Assembly: GCF_011745625.1 (NCBI RefSeq)
Contig: NW_027191458.1
Span: forward strand, 434,001-498,000
Direction: 5' to 3'
Origin: Cladosporium halotolerans
Taxonomy: Eukaryota
DNA: 64,000 nucleotides
Part shown: positions 25,061-36,216 of the stretch, in pieces
Layout of the letters: each line of letters starts with the position of its first letter
Position numbering within the stretch: position 1 is the stretch's first letter
The notes under the pieces: generated by a model
Told to the model about the DNA's origin: nothing
The model's input: the letters and a program-made list of their open reading frames with translations, nothing else
Databases searched by the model: none
Position numbers and translations under genes: made by a program

Positions 25061-25558
25061 GCGGACGCGCGCTTCGATTGGTATTATGAAAGCGCATAAT
25101 AGATATCCGCACAGCCTGCGCCAGCCCCTGGTAGAAGCTGCAAGAGGCCTATGAAAATCGCCATAGCAATGAAGTTGTGGCGCAAACATGACACAGTGAC
25201 AATTTTGCAGTGGAAGTCTCCCAAGATAATCTCTCGGTGAGCACGATGTGACTCTTGACATGGAGAATCTTAGGGAGCTAAGATCAACGCTTACGAGACC
25301 CGCCGATATTGACACCAGAGGATGTCGTGTGAAAAGAAACGATGTCCATGCTCATGAATGCCATTAATGCGACTACCGAAAGCCAAATATTCACAAGGAT
25401 AATCCGAAGCGACAGGCAAAGATGCAACAGACTTTTTTCCGCAAACAGCCGCGAGACGTCAAACAAACAATCAATCAAAAAGTCAAACGCACCGTCCTCC
25501 TCCTCTCCCTCCCAGTGATGGTTCCCAATCTATATTTCAACGACGACACAACATCCCC

Positions 25559-26959
25559 TCAAGCAGCGAACCCCAACAGCGCGCTCGCACCCGGCTCGCT
25601 GCAGACATACTTCGTCTCGTGCCTGTCCGTGAAGCCATTGAAGCGAGTCGCCGAGCACTTGGTGTAAGCGCCCATGTCCTCGAAGTACAGCCAGTCGCCG
25701 ACGTCGACGGTCTCGCGGGCGAGCCACTTCTCAGCAATGCAGTCGATGCCGTCGCAGGTGGGGCCCCAGATGGAGTACTCGACGGTCTTGGCGGGGCCGC
25801 TGCCGCCGTCGCTCTCCTCGGCGGAGGCGTAGCCGGAGTCCGCGAGCGAGTCCGTGCTGTAGTTGAAGCCGTCCGGGCGGCGGCGGGTGGACAGGATCTG
25901 CGGGACCGGGTGCTGGTGGTCGAACATGATGCTGCTGAAGTTGCCGTAGACGCCGTCGTTGAGGTACAGCATGTAGCTCTTGGTGGCGAGCGCGGCGTCC
26001 TCGACCGTGCGGCGCGCGATCACGTTGCAGGCGATCGTGAAGGCCGAGGACGTGTAGTAGCGGCCGGGCTCGGCGATGATGCGGACGGAGGGAGGGAAGT
26101 GTTCGTCCAGGGCGGCGGAGAGGACGCCGGCCATGTCGTCGAAGGTCTCGGAGACGAAGCCGCCGCCGACATCGAGGGTGTGCGGGTTGAAGCCGAGGGC
26201 GATGGCCTGGTCGAAAATGCTGCGTGCGTCGGTGACGGCCTTCAGGAAGGCGCTTGGGTCGGATGCACCGGAGCCGACGTGGAACGCAACACCGGCGATG
26301 TTGAGGTCGAGCTTCTTAGCGAGGACCAGAAGTTCCGGAGCGGTGTCCATGTGGGCACCAAACTTCTGGCTCAAGCGGCAGAGACTCTGGGAGTCGTCCG
26401 TGAAGATACGGAGGTAGAGCTCTGCGTCCGGGAAAAGCTCCTTGATCTTGTACAACTCGTCGCTGTTGTCGAAAGTCATCTGCTTGACCCTCTCCTTGGC
26501 GGTGTAACGCAGGTAGCTCTTGGTCTTGCAGGGCTGTGCATAGATAATGCGCGACGGGTCAACGCCGGCATTCAAGACCTGCTCGATCTCAGACTTGCTG
26601 GCGCAATCGAAGCCAGTCCCAAGGGCAGCCAACAGGCGGATGACCATGGGATCCGGGTTGCATTTGACCGCAAAGTGCGGGATGACGCGGTTAAGGTGCT
26701 TCTTCCAGCGCAGGTGCTGGCGGTAGACATCTCCAAGGTCTGCCACGAAGAAAGCGTCCTCGTCTCCCGGCTCGCAGTCATCGGTGTCCACGGCCTGTAC
26801 GTGCTTCTGCAGCGCCGCACCAATCATCTCTTTCGCTAGTTTGACGCCATCCTGCTTGTTCTTCGACCCAGTGTCGCTAGAGACTGGATTGTCCAAATGA
26901 TTGGTCTTCACAGACCAGGGCGCATTGTCAGGGAGGATGTCGATCGCGATAGGTGCCAT
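25559..26959 (-). CDS. SPE1: Ornithine decarboxylase
   Basis: PLP-lysine motif PHFAVKCN, FDCAS, KFGA, FHVGSG, LDVGGGF, AEPGRYY, WGPTCDGID and GAYT...FNGF. Confidence 0.97.
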   Translation of the reverse strand: MAPIAIDILPDNAPWSVKTNHLDNPVSSDTGSKNKQDGVKLAKEMIGAALQKHVQAVDTDDCEPGDEDAFFVADLGDVYRQHLRWKKHLNRVIPHFAVKCNPDPMVIRLLAALGTGFDCASKSEIEQVLNAGVDPSRIIYAQPCKTKSYLRYTAKERVKQMTFDNSDELYKIKELFPDAELYLRIFTDDSQSLCRLSQKFGAHMDTAPELLVLAKKLDLNIAGVAFHVGSGASDPSAFLKAVTDARSIFDQAIALGFNPHTLDVGGGFVSETFDDMAGVLSAALDEHFPPSVRIIAEPGRYYTSSAFTIACNVIARRTVEDAALATKSYMLYLNDGVYGNFSSIMFDHQHPVPQILSTRRRPDGFNYSTDSLADSGYASAEESDGGSGPAKTVEYSIWGPTCDGIDCIAEKWLARETVDVGDWLYFEDMGAYTKCSATRFNGFTDRHETKYVCSEPGASALLGFAA

Positions 26960-27013
26960 TCCCTTAGTACAGGTAATGGGTAAAATTATAGTCCGGATGA
27001 TTGTGTAGGGACG

Positions 27014-27253
27014 TTAGGGAGGTTTGAAGATCGTAAAGCCCAATGCAAGTAGACTCGATCGGCGAGGCCTCGCAGAGTCTTCCCCGGCGAAGGGAAGAGC
27101 TCCAGAGATACTCTTATGCGGCAGCTGAGAGGGAGGCGAAGATGGCGACGGGTCTGGTGAAGACTCGAAAAGCACGCGTTCAAGATCCTGAGGCGAATCC
27201 AAAAGGGGGAGGCTTGCTGTTGAGAGTGTCCTTGTTCTTGCGAATGGATGCAA
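27014..27253 (-). promoter_or_regulatory. Non-AUG (UUG) initiated regulatory uORF in the ODC 5' leader, ending Pro-Pro-stop
   Basis: TTG in the context GCC-AAA-TTG, three codons after an in-frame TAA. It runs 79 codons to ...LLALGFTIFKPP* and stops 54 nt before the ODC ATG. No ATG on this strand from 26960 to 27681. Confidence 0.75.
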
Positions 27254-27357
27254 TTTGGCTGATTACTCGGTCGCTGGCCGACGGGGCCGTGGTGCGAAGG
27301 GAGCCTTTGAGAGGACCAAAGGCGGGTCTACGGTGTAGAAGGAGCCAGTTTGCTGTC

Positions 27358-27527
27358 CTGGCGACGTTAGCGAGGCGTGTGGATGGGAGCGTGCTGGTGC
27401 AGTGCAGGGAGTGCAGTGGTGAAAAGGATTTCGGGCAGGTGGTGGGCTAGGCTGCTGACGCCGGGCCAGGTTTGGCGTTTTGGCCTCGGCAGCCGCTCCC
27501 GAATGTTGGGGGAAACGGGCAACTCAC
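27358..27527 (-). other. Probable 5'-UTR intron of ODC
   Basis: Minus-strand donor GTGAGT at 27527, branch GCTAAC and acceptor CAG ending at 27358. Confidence 0.6.
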
Positions 27528-28370
27528 GCTGCGGTGCGGGACAAAACGCTGGGGCGGATGGGAGTGGCAGTGGCAGCGGGAGGCGAGCAGTGAAGTGAAG
27601 TTGATTTTAAGTAGGGGAATAATACGGTGTGCTCGCCCGGGCGCAGGGGTGTTTTGGGTGCAGCGGTGCGTGAGGTGTTTTCATCCGCTCGCTTAGGCTG
27701 CGTGATTATTTCCACGGCGAGGCTGCGCAGACGGGCGCGGCGATGTCATGGCCGTCGGGCCCTCGGGCGCGTGGCCAACCACCGCCGCCCTCGTGGCTTG
27801 GGGGCCCACTCTGGCGCGTGAAGAGGCTCTGATGCTGCTGTGGCGTCTGGTAGCGGAACGGGCGGGCCTCATGCGAACACGGCTCAGGCACAGGCGCAGG
27901 CACAGGCGCAGGCACATCGCTGCAGATGTCCCGCGCCATCAACGGCCGTCTGCCGTCGCGTGAACCGGTGCCTGATGTCGTCACTTCTGGATGTCTCAGC
28001 ATAGGCGTCTTGTATCATGGCCATGGCTAATTGGCATGAGGTGTTCTCGATATTGTCTTCGCAGATATATAACGATGTATAACCCTCTTTTCGTCGACGA
28101 TTCGCGCGTGTGACGTTCGATGAAACGCCATCCCTGCGCGATTCGGCGCTCTCCAATTCGACGACTTGGCTCTTTGGCGCTCAATTGATTCGGGCTCCCC
28201 AATACAGTGTCACATGCCGCGATCAAAATGGCTCTATGGTTTTTGGTCGATGTTCCGTGCGCTCGAGGAAGAAGTCGCTCATACCACAGCGATTGCCGAT
28301 TCAAAAAATCTCTCACCGTTTTCTATGGTCGATCATGGTGAGATGTTTAAGAAAATCCCGCCGTTGGCTC

Positions 28371-29360
28371 TCAGCGCTTCCAGAATCTGTGAGCTTCTAA
28401 TTCCTTCAGAGAAATTGTCGCCCAGATGACATGAGGGAACCGCTCGTCCGCGGCCACTGAATTCGGCGATCCGGCCGGCGCCAGGCACACCAGCTCCTCG
28501 ATGCCAGCCTTCTTGATCGATTCCAAAACGCGCGAGAAATTCAGTCCCACCTGATCCACGCCATGGCTGTCGTCAGATAGCGTAAAACGGCCGTTCAGTT
28601 CGATGAATCTCTGGTTCAGGGTCAGCACCTTCCGGACGTGTAAATATCTGAGCGTGCGAGAAATACTCACCTTGCAAATCTCGACCTGCGGATACGGCTC
28701 AGTCATGCCTTTCCGCAAGCTGCTCGAATTGAGCTCCAACACGCCGCCGTATGCGGCGATGTATTTCAGATTTCGCTCAATTTTGTCCCAGACTTGAGGC
28801 CATGTCTTGAAGCTTCGTTCCGGGTCATCGCTTTTGAGTCTGATCAGATCAAAATGCGCCACGACAGGCGGCTTCAACGCCTGCAGCATCTCATATTGTG
28901 ACTCGAAGTAATCCGCGAAAATTCCCTCATCCGTTCCATTGCTAAGACTCCGCGCTTTGTGATACATCGGCGTGTCAAAGTCGATAGGCACAGTGTGAAC
29001 ATGGTGCACGCTTCCAACGAACATGTCGACATCATGCTTCTCCAAGATCGTCTGGCAGAGTTTCAACGACCCAGGCCTGATCCATTCGCCTTCGAACCCA
29101 ACGAAGAGCTGGATCTGCGACGCGTAAGCTTTCTGCAGCCGCCGCGCTTCCACGTAGAAATCATCGTAGAGTTTTGCGAGACTGGCTTCGTCGTGGTGGT
29201 CGACCTCCTCGGGGTAGAAGTCCGCTGCCTCGCGCGGCATGTGCTCCGTTAGGCAGAAGGTTGACATGCCCTTTGAGAGGGCGGATTGCACCACTTCTTC
29301 GAGCGTGTTGGCTGCATGGCCGCAGAATTGGCCCGAGTGCGAATGGTGCGAGAACGGCAT
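28371..29360 (-). CDS. HIS2: Histidinol-phosphate phosphatase (PHP family)
   Basis: MPFSHHSHSGQFCGHA, LTEHMPR, VGSVHHV, VAHFDLIR, ELNSSSLRKG and SDDSHG. In-frame intron 28611-28670. Confidence 0.93.
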   Translation of the reverse strand: MPFSHHSHSGQFCGHAANTLEEVVQSALSKGMSTFCLTEHMPREAADFYPEEVDHHDEASLAKLYDDFYVEARRLQKAYASQIQLFVGFEGEWIRPGSLKLCQTILEKHDVDMFVGSVHHVHTVPIDFDTPMYHKARSLSNGTDEGIFADYFESQYEMLQALKPPVVAHFDLIRLKSDDPERSFKTWPQVWDKIERNLKYIAAYGGVLELNSSSLRKGMTEPYPQVEICKVSISRTLRYLHVRKVLTLNQRFIELNGRFTLSDDSHGVDQVGLNFSRVLESIKKAGIEELVCLAPAGSPNSVAADERFPHVIWATISLKELEAHRFWKR

Positions 29361-29866
29361 GGTTGGGTGCGTGCCGGGATGCACCGGATGTCGTTCTTTT
29401 CAGCTCTGTAGGCGCAAAGAGACTTGGAAGCCAAAGTCACAGTCGTTTGCTCAGAGATGCCGAAGCTCCACACCTAACCTCAAGAGCGATGCTACTACTA
29501 GTATGGATGTTGCTACGACAAGGTCTTGGATTTTCGTATTTGGCATGAAACAGAATTTCGCAGTCACTGAATCTGTTGGCCAATCAACGAACAGTTCGCT
29601 GGGTGTGTCAAGTGAAAGTGCAGGATGTTCGTCTAAAAATGGCTGACTGATCTGCCGATTGACATTTCGCCCGTCCCCAGCTTTTGGGATCGCGCATCGA
29701 CCACGCGCGAACTCGGGGTACAGCACCGGTGAAGGCTCGCCCTTCGACACTTCACCTCACCACTGCCTCTTCGCACACCCTCGTTCGGACCAAGACTACA
29801 CTTTCGCTCGCAGCGCAGCACGGTCAAGCCTACAACTTTGCGGCACGCCGAAGATATCAAGCGAAG

Positions 29867-32103
29867 ATGCCGCCTCGGAGCGACAAGAGTGCGCTCAAGC
29901 GCTCAAGGGTCCGTACTTCGCGATGTACCGTTTTAGGACCGCTCAACTGATACCCATGCCAGGTCTCGATCGACGATGATACAGACGTCAAGAAACCACG
30001 CAGATCAGCGCGCAATGCGCCACAGGAAGAGGAGAACCGTCAGCCAGAACCGCAACCGCAGCAGGACGATGCGAAAGTGAAGCGCAACGGCGCTCTGCCC
30101 TCGCCAGTAACCAAAGGCTCCACGGACACCACGGAAGGAGCCCACGCGCCTTCTTCGCCGGCCGCTAAACCAGCGGTAGAGAGGAAGTCCGACTCACGCA
30201 CAACTCCTGCCACGAGCCCGCCTCCTTCATCGTTACGAGCTAGCGGTCTCTCTTCCCCGCCTTCAGACACGCAACCTTTTTCTCAACTCCTTGCACCACC
30301 ACCATACTCGTACGAAGTCGAAGACGAAGAAGGAGAAGGCGTTTGGGGATACCTTATACCAATCGATGGCGTATCGGATGCCCTTGTTCTGCGCAAGCGG
30401 GCGGCGTGCCCAATACCAGGTAAGGGCATAGGCAGGCCATACGGACAGAAGGAAGTTTCTAAATCGACGTATCTGAACGAAGAAAACGAATACGAGAACA
30501 AGAAAGCGAGCTCCGGCGTTCCTTCCGGCGGGTACTTGATCGGACGTCACCCGGAATGCGATCGCATCATAAACATCGCTACAGTGAGCAATAGACATTG
30601 CCTGTTATTCGCGGAGAACAAGGACGGCAACGCGCTGGCTATGGTTGAGGACTTGAGTGGGAACGGGACATACGTGAACAATGCCTTCATTGGGCGCAAC
30701 AAGCGGCGAGAGCTGCACGACGGAGACGAGGTTTCGATTCTTGACAAGGCGCGCTTTATTTTTCGCTACCCTCGAAGTCGCGATGGCACTGCCTTTCACA
30801 AGCAGTACGAAGTGCAAGGCCAGCTTGGCAAAGGTCACTTCGCTACCGTGTATCTTGCCACTGAGAAGTCTTCCGGCATTCGTTACGCGGTGAAGAAATT
30901 CGAGAAGAGAAGCGGGCCCGGAGAGAGGAGCAAGGTAGAAGGCTTGCAGCAAGAAATTGCGGTGCTCATGGGCGTCAGCCATCCGAACATGCTGTGTCTT
31001 AAGGACACCTTCGATGAGCCTGACGGTGTTTACCTCGTTTTGGAGTTGGCGCCTGAAGGAGAGCTGTTCAACTGGATTGTCATGAAGCAGAAGCTGACGG
31101 AAAGCGAGACGCGGAAGGTCTTTGTCCAGCTCTTCCAGGGCATCAAGTATCTGGTAAGTCATGATCGTCTCGAGTCGACTTAACATTCTATGATACTGAC
31201 TATCTCCAGCATGAGCGCAATATCGTGCATCGCGACATCAAGCCCGAAAACATCCTTGTCATCGACAAAGAGCTGAACGTCAAGCTTGCCGACTTCGGTC
31301 TGGCCAAGATCATCGGCGAAGAGTCTTTCACCACAACCCTCTGCGGGACACCCTCATACGTTGCCCCCGAAATCCTCGAACAGTCAAATCGCCGCCGATA
31401 CACCCGTGCCGTCGACATCTGGAGTCTCGGTGTCGTCCTCTACATCTGCCTCTGCGGCTTCCCTCCCTTCTCCGACGAGCTCTACTCACCCGAGAACCCC
31501 TACACCCTCAGCCAGCAGATCAAAATGGGCCGTTTCGATTACCCCTCACCCTACTGGGACTCAGTCGACGACCCCGCCCTCGACCTCATCGACCGCATGC
31601 TGACCGTCGACGTCGAGAAGCGCATCACGGTCGAAGAATGTCTCCAGCACCCCTGGGTCACGCAGTCCAATATCAGCGTCACCGATAGCACCGATGGCCT
31701 GACCGGCGCGCTCGCGGGCCTCGACTTCACGCGCCGCAAGCCGCAGCGCGAGCGCACCCTGCTCTCTTCCATCAACGACGTCAAGATCGAGAAGGTCATC
31801 ACCACCCAGCCGGACAAGCCGCCCGTCAAGGTCTTCGACAAGCAGGCCGGCCCGCAGTTCCGCCTTCAGCGTGGACCGGGCGAGAAAGCCAGCAAGAACG
31901 GCGACAACAGCAAGACCGTCACCGGTCGTGTCGAGATGACCGTTGAGCCCGACCCGGACGCCGCCAGGGATCCGCAGGAGTTCATGGAGATGGGCGGCAA
32001 AGGCGACGAGGTGCTGTTCGAGAAGAGTGGTAGCGGCAGCGGCAGCATCTACCCGAACGAGACCATCAAGGCCGCGGCGCCCGAGGACGGCGGGCAGAAG
32101 TAG
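29867..32103 (+). CDS. CHK2: Checkpoint kinase 2 (TQ/SQ - FHA - kinase; Neurospora PRD-4-like)
   Basis: DTQPFSQ, then FHA motifs IGRHPECD, SNRH and SGNGTYVN, then kinase motifs GKGHFATV, HRDIKPEN, DFG and TLCGTPSYVAPE. Introns 29909-29962 and 31154-31209. Confidence 0.9.
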
Positions 32104-32831
32104 GCGTGGCGGCTGGCGTTCCGGCGATCAGGCAACGAGTCTTTAAGACAGGCGGGCGTTTGGGTTTTACTGTGGCTCAATGCGGGGCTTTGAGCGCGGG
32201 CGTTGATATGACAGGAAACTTTTCTGATCGGCAGCAATGGGAAAACGGAATTGCTGGCATTGGGTTCTCGGTCGGCTGCGGTGGAATCGCACAGTACATG
32301 GCGCGACGGTCCCGGTGTACATCAGCTTGTCTCGCTACAGACTAAAAGTCCGATTATTTCATGAAACATTGATTCGATTCGCAGTCCAGTCTGGATTGAC
32401 TAATCTTTCTTTCAGATAAAGAGAGGTACTGATCTGTCGCACCATGATCAACCAATCGAGATGGAACTCGGGCATGGAGTACAGCAGCGTGTAAGAGAGA
32501 CAGACATTTGCCCTAATCACATCTAGAGGTTGCCGTTTACATCCAAGGAAATTATCATTATTGTTTTTGTCGTAAAGGCAGGCCCGGCCTGTACGCAGGA
32601 CCCGGAAGTTAAGCGAGCCTGCGCCCAGACCAGGGCATTGCAAAAGTAGGCGGCTGGCAAAACGCCGCTCGCCCCGTGAATCTTCAACCAACCCCATACC
32701 AACATGATAAACTCGGCGTGACTCCACGCATCCAACACAACATGTTGCGGATTTCTGCTCCTGGCAATGTCAGTCGTCCTTTGCGCGTCTCGAGTGCGTC
32801 TGCAGCAGCGACCGGTACCATAAGCGCCCAG

Positions 32832-33938
32832 ATGTCTCGCAACCTTCGTTGCATTGCCAGGCCAGCAGTCGCACTCCAGGGCGGGAACTTCAATCCTACA
32901 ACTACTCCCAATTGCAGTTTCGTCCCGCTGGTTCAATGCAGGCTCAGGTCATCTGCCGCGGCCAAAGCTTACAGGCTCGTCAAAGCCCGGAAACGGTTTG
33001 ACGCAGAGGCTGAGCGAGGGACAGCTTCCATTGATCAAGCATTATTGCTGTTGGCGGAAGTAAAACCCCAAGGCAGGGAACGGAAGCTCGTGGAAAGGAA
33101 GCGCAACTTGGCAATGGAGGCCCAACCAGGTTGCTCTGTATTGGCTTGGCTACTTTGCAATATGCATTTGAGGTTCACGAAACCCCAAAACAAAGTTCTG
33201 GTTCTGGCCTTGTCTAGAGCTCTGCACTTAGAGGGCAGGCAAGACCTAGCATGGACCTGGATTGACGAAGAGATAACAGCGCTGCACGCTCGTTACCAAG
33301 ACACAGGGGGTCCACATGCTCCTCCTCTTGTAGAACATCGCATATATCATTTGCTTTCTGCATTCGCAAGTCGGATTCTCGAACTCGACAACGACCCCGA
33401 GGGTGCCATCGAAATGTTCCTCATGACCGTAGAGAGGTCCCGGTCTCTTGAAGATCACACTGTCGGCTTTTTACCCGCAATCAGGAAAATCGAAGCCTAT
33501 CTGAGGGACGAATCCGCTCGCCCATGTAACGAAGAACTATACACTCGGTATCTGGAGAAGAAGCGCCTCGTTTACATCAGCATTCCCTTCGAAGTCAAGA
33601 TGAGTGATCCGTTCTATCCTGGAAGACAAGACCCATGGGCCTGCTACGCAATGTTCGCCAACCCAGGCCAAATTCCCACCGAGTCGCTTTCTTTGAAAGG
33701 CCGCAATCGATTGGGTAAAATGGCCATGCGAGCGTCTTACATGTTCCGGCTCATAGGAAATAATCTAGAAGCAGATATCCTTGCGTCCGAGGTCAGCAGG
33801 AACTTTCAGAGAGTTCTGGTCGCAACGCCCGAAGATCATGCAGAAACTTGCGACGGACTCAGAATTGGAGAACCTGCGCATCCTTGCCGCACCATTTCCA
33901 TCAATAAGGCGAGTCGTATCAAGCACAAGAACGGATGA
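32832..33938 (+). CDS. Hypothetical protein, possible mitochondrial presequence (paralog A)
   Basis: Long intronless ORF. The first ATG giving an Arg-rich, acid-free N-terminus is at 32832 (an earlier ATG exists). Shares motifs with the next gene. Confidence 0.7.
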   Translation: MSRNLRCIARPAVALQGGNFNPTTTPNCSFVPLVQCRLRSSAAAKAYRLVKARKRFDAEAERGTASIDQALLLLAEVKPQGRERKLVERKRNLAMEAQPGCSVLAWLLCNMHLRFTKPQNKVLVLALSRALHLEGRQDLAWTWIDEEITALHARYQDTGGPHAPPLVEHRIYHLLSAFASRILELDNDPEGAIEMFLMTVERSRSLEDHTVGFLPAIRKIEAYLRDESARPCNEELYTRYLEKKRLVYISIPFEVKMSDPFYPGRQDPWACYAMFANPGQIPTESLSLKGRNRLGKMAMRASYMFRLIGNNLEADILASEVSRNFQRVLVATPEDHAETCDGLRIGEPAHPCRTISINKASRIKHKNG

Positions 33939-34258
33939 AGTGAGGCGCAAATTGTCTAGCTTCAGGAGATCACGGGTTGCAGCATGAACGACAGCCACGA
34001 CGCGCGGCTCAACCTCATAAGGAAATTGCGACATCGAAGCATTTGGCCTGAAAAGGCATGTCCATTGAAAGCACGACAAGCGATGCAAATGACCCCATGA
34101 CACCCCCGGGCAGAATGCTGCATTGCCGAGAGAGGGGTGTTACACAGAATAGGCTGCAGTGCATAAGCGAGTACACCGGTCAGCCTCGCTCTGGCTTTAT
34201 CAATACGCCGTGCCTGAAGGGAGTCCTGTTTGTTTCAGCTCTAAGTTCCTTTCTGGCC

Positions 34259-35314
34259 ATGTTACGGGTCGTCGTTACGCCGCTCGCACGAAAACGAACG
34301 CTCTCGGCAGCAGCTCAGATTTTGCATCATAGGTTTCCAGCTGTCAGTCATGACGGCTCTCGACCAGCACCGTCTCAAAACTTTCCTTCCAGGGCTAGAG
34401 GTTGCGCTCGATACTCATCGGTCGTGAGTAAGGGCGCTTCTGCTAAAGAAGTGGCAGACTTGCTTGCAGTGACGCGTCGAGCGATTGTTCTGTCACAACA
34501 CAATGCCGCAGGTTGGCAGATGGAACCTGGCGAGGAGCGTGTAGGCGTACAAGCTCTGGACTGGCTGAAACAATGTGATTCTAACGATCAGACTCACGTC
34601 CCATCGGTCCAGCTCCTGCGAGATCTCTCTTGGCTCCTCGTGGCGGAAGGGAATTCAAAGTCGATGATCGACTTCTTATTGGCGGAAGGGAGAAGATGGC
34701 AGGCCGTTGACTTTCATGACGCCGCGACTCGAAAAGACAATATCGGTCGCTCCTACCAAAGAAGACATGAGCTTTTCACCGCAGTGATCCAAGCACACTT
34801 ACAGCTCTCTCCCAATGCTGACAGTGCGATCGAGTGCTTCCGTACTATCTTAAACAACGCCACGTGGGACCGGATATTGCATGGTGCCAAATCCCAGCTC
34901 GGGAAGGCACTGAGGACAGCGAGCTGCTCTCCGTGTAACGAAGAGCTGTTTGACTGGTTAGTTGCAGCGCATGACCTTATTGAGCTACCCGAGGACGCAT
35001 CCGCGTCTATGGCGTGGCTGAAGCTGTTCCATCCGACCTCACCGGACCCGTGGCCAGCTTTCGCATGGTCGACGGAGAAAGTGAACAGAAGTGCAATGAA
35101 CAGGCTTAAGCGCCGATCCAGGAAATTTCATGCGCGCATGCTTGGAAGAGCCATTTTCTTGCTTCGTCTCCAGGGTGCCTCGGAGCAAGCCAGCCTGCTA
35201 GAGGCTACGTTGGAATCGCAATTCAATATACGGCCGCGCCGTCGGGAAGAGTGGGATAAGTCATGTGAGCGAGATCCAAAGCTCCGGCACTTGCTACAAA
35301 AAGGAACACGATAG
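34259..35314 (+). CDS. Hypothetical protein, possible mitochondrial presequence (paralog B)
   Basis: Long intronless ORF with an MLRVVVTPLARKRTLSAAA presequence-like start. Shares PCNEEL, DPW and RA..RL.G motifs with the preceding gene. Confidence 0.7.
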   Translation: MLRVVVTPLARKRTLSAAAQILHHRFPAVSHDGSRPAPSQNFPSRARGCARYSSVVSKGASAKEVADLLAVTRRAIVLSQHNAAGWQMEPGEERVGVQALDWLKQCDSNDQTHVPSVQLLRDLSWLLVAEGNSKSMIDFLLAEGRRWQAVDFHDAATRKDNIGRSYQRRHELFTAVIQAHLQLSPNADSAIECFRTILNNATWDRILHGAKSQLGKALRTASCSPCNEELFDWLVAAHDLIELPEDASASMAWLKLFHPTSPDPWPAFAWSTEKVNRSAMNRLKRRSRKFHARMLGRAIFLLRLQGASEQASLLEATLESQFNIRPRRREEWDKSCERDPKLRHLLQKGTR

Positions 35315-35466
35315 ACCAACTCAGCTGCTGTCAGCATGCGGCGCGAGGGATAGGGGCAAGAGAGACTGTAGGAAAGACTTCATCTGCCGAGTCCTCCATG
35401 CCTTCTTTTAGCAAAGCCTCGATGCCTTAGATGGGAATCAAATCCTTTCAGCGCTGCAGTGTCGAC

Positions 35467-36216
35467 CTACGGGCTCAACCTATCAATCTTCCAGCTTCCA
35501 TCCTGCTCCTTGGTGTACCTAAATCGATCGTGAAGCCTGCTCTCCCTGCCCTGCCAGAACTCAATCATCTCCGGCTTCACCCTCAGCCCACCCCAGAACT
35601 CAGGGACAGGGATCTTCTCCTGCCCCTCAAACTTCTGCTCCACCTCCTTCACCTGGCCCTCCAGCTCCTCCCGATCCTTCAGCACCTTGCTCTGCCGCGA
35701 CGCCCAAGCGCCGAGCCTCGACCCCCGAATGCGCGTGTCGTAATACACCTGCGACTCCTCCGACGTAAGCCTCTCACACGGCCCCTCGACTCTCACCTGC
35801 CTCTCGAGCTCATGCCACCAGAACGTCAGCGCCGCGTGAGGGTTCGATTCCACGTCCTTCGCTTTGCGCGACGTGCCCCAATTGCTATAGATGACAAAAC
35901 CCTTGTCGTCCATTTCCTTCAGATAGACCATGCGCGCGCTCACGCGGCCCGACGGCAGCTCGGCTGTCGAGAGCGTGACGGTCTCGGGCTGGTGCACTTT
36001 CTCCTCCGTGGCGTGCTTGAACCAGGTGTCGAATTGCGTGAAGGGGCTGGCGTCGAGCTGCGAGGCGTCGAGCGAGCCTTTGGTGTATTGCTGCGCTTGC
36101 AGGGAGTCATTGGTTCCGCCTGGGGCGAAGATGTGCTTGGAGGACATGGTCCGTTTAGGAATGAGCTGGAGGGTGGCGAGGCGGGCTGGTTGTAGGAGGG
36201 GTCGGATGCGGTTCAT
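35467..36216 (-). CDS. PDX3: Pyridoxamine 5'-phosphate oxidase
   Basis: SARMVYLKE, LTFWWHELERQVRVEG, GAWASRQS, WGG and EFWQGRESRLHDRFRY. Confidence 0.96.
   Translation of the reverse strand: MNRIRPLLQPARLATLQLIPKRTMSSKHIFAPGGTNDSLQAQQYTKGSLDASQLDASPFTQFDTWFKHATEEKVHQPETVTLSTAELPSGRVSARMVYLKEMDDKGFVIYSNWGTSRKAKDVESNPHAALTFWWHELERQVRVEGPCERLTSEESQVYYDTRIRGSRLGAWASRQSKVLKDREELEGQVKEVEQKFEGQEKIPVPEFWGGLRVKPEMIEFWQGRESRLHDRFRYTKEQDGSWKIDRLSP

Noticed and set aside
25619..26839. 406-aa plus-strand ORF opposite ODC; similar shadows at 12115-13008, 43362-44381, 52644-53528 and 59753-60706
   Set aside because: Antisense shadows produced by GC3-rich codon usage of real genes; no recognisable protein motifs.
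27885..27916. (CAGGCA/CAGGCG)n short tandem repeat; also (CTGGCG)3 at ~16936 and (GGGTGT)3 at ~57957
   Set aside because: Short simple repeats with no spacers or terminal structure; not CRISPR or mobile-element ends, and no function can be supported.
35841..35855. GGTTCGATTCC, resembling a tRNA T-loop/B box
   Set aside because: It lies inside the PDX3 coding sequence and no cloverleaf could be folded around it.
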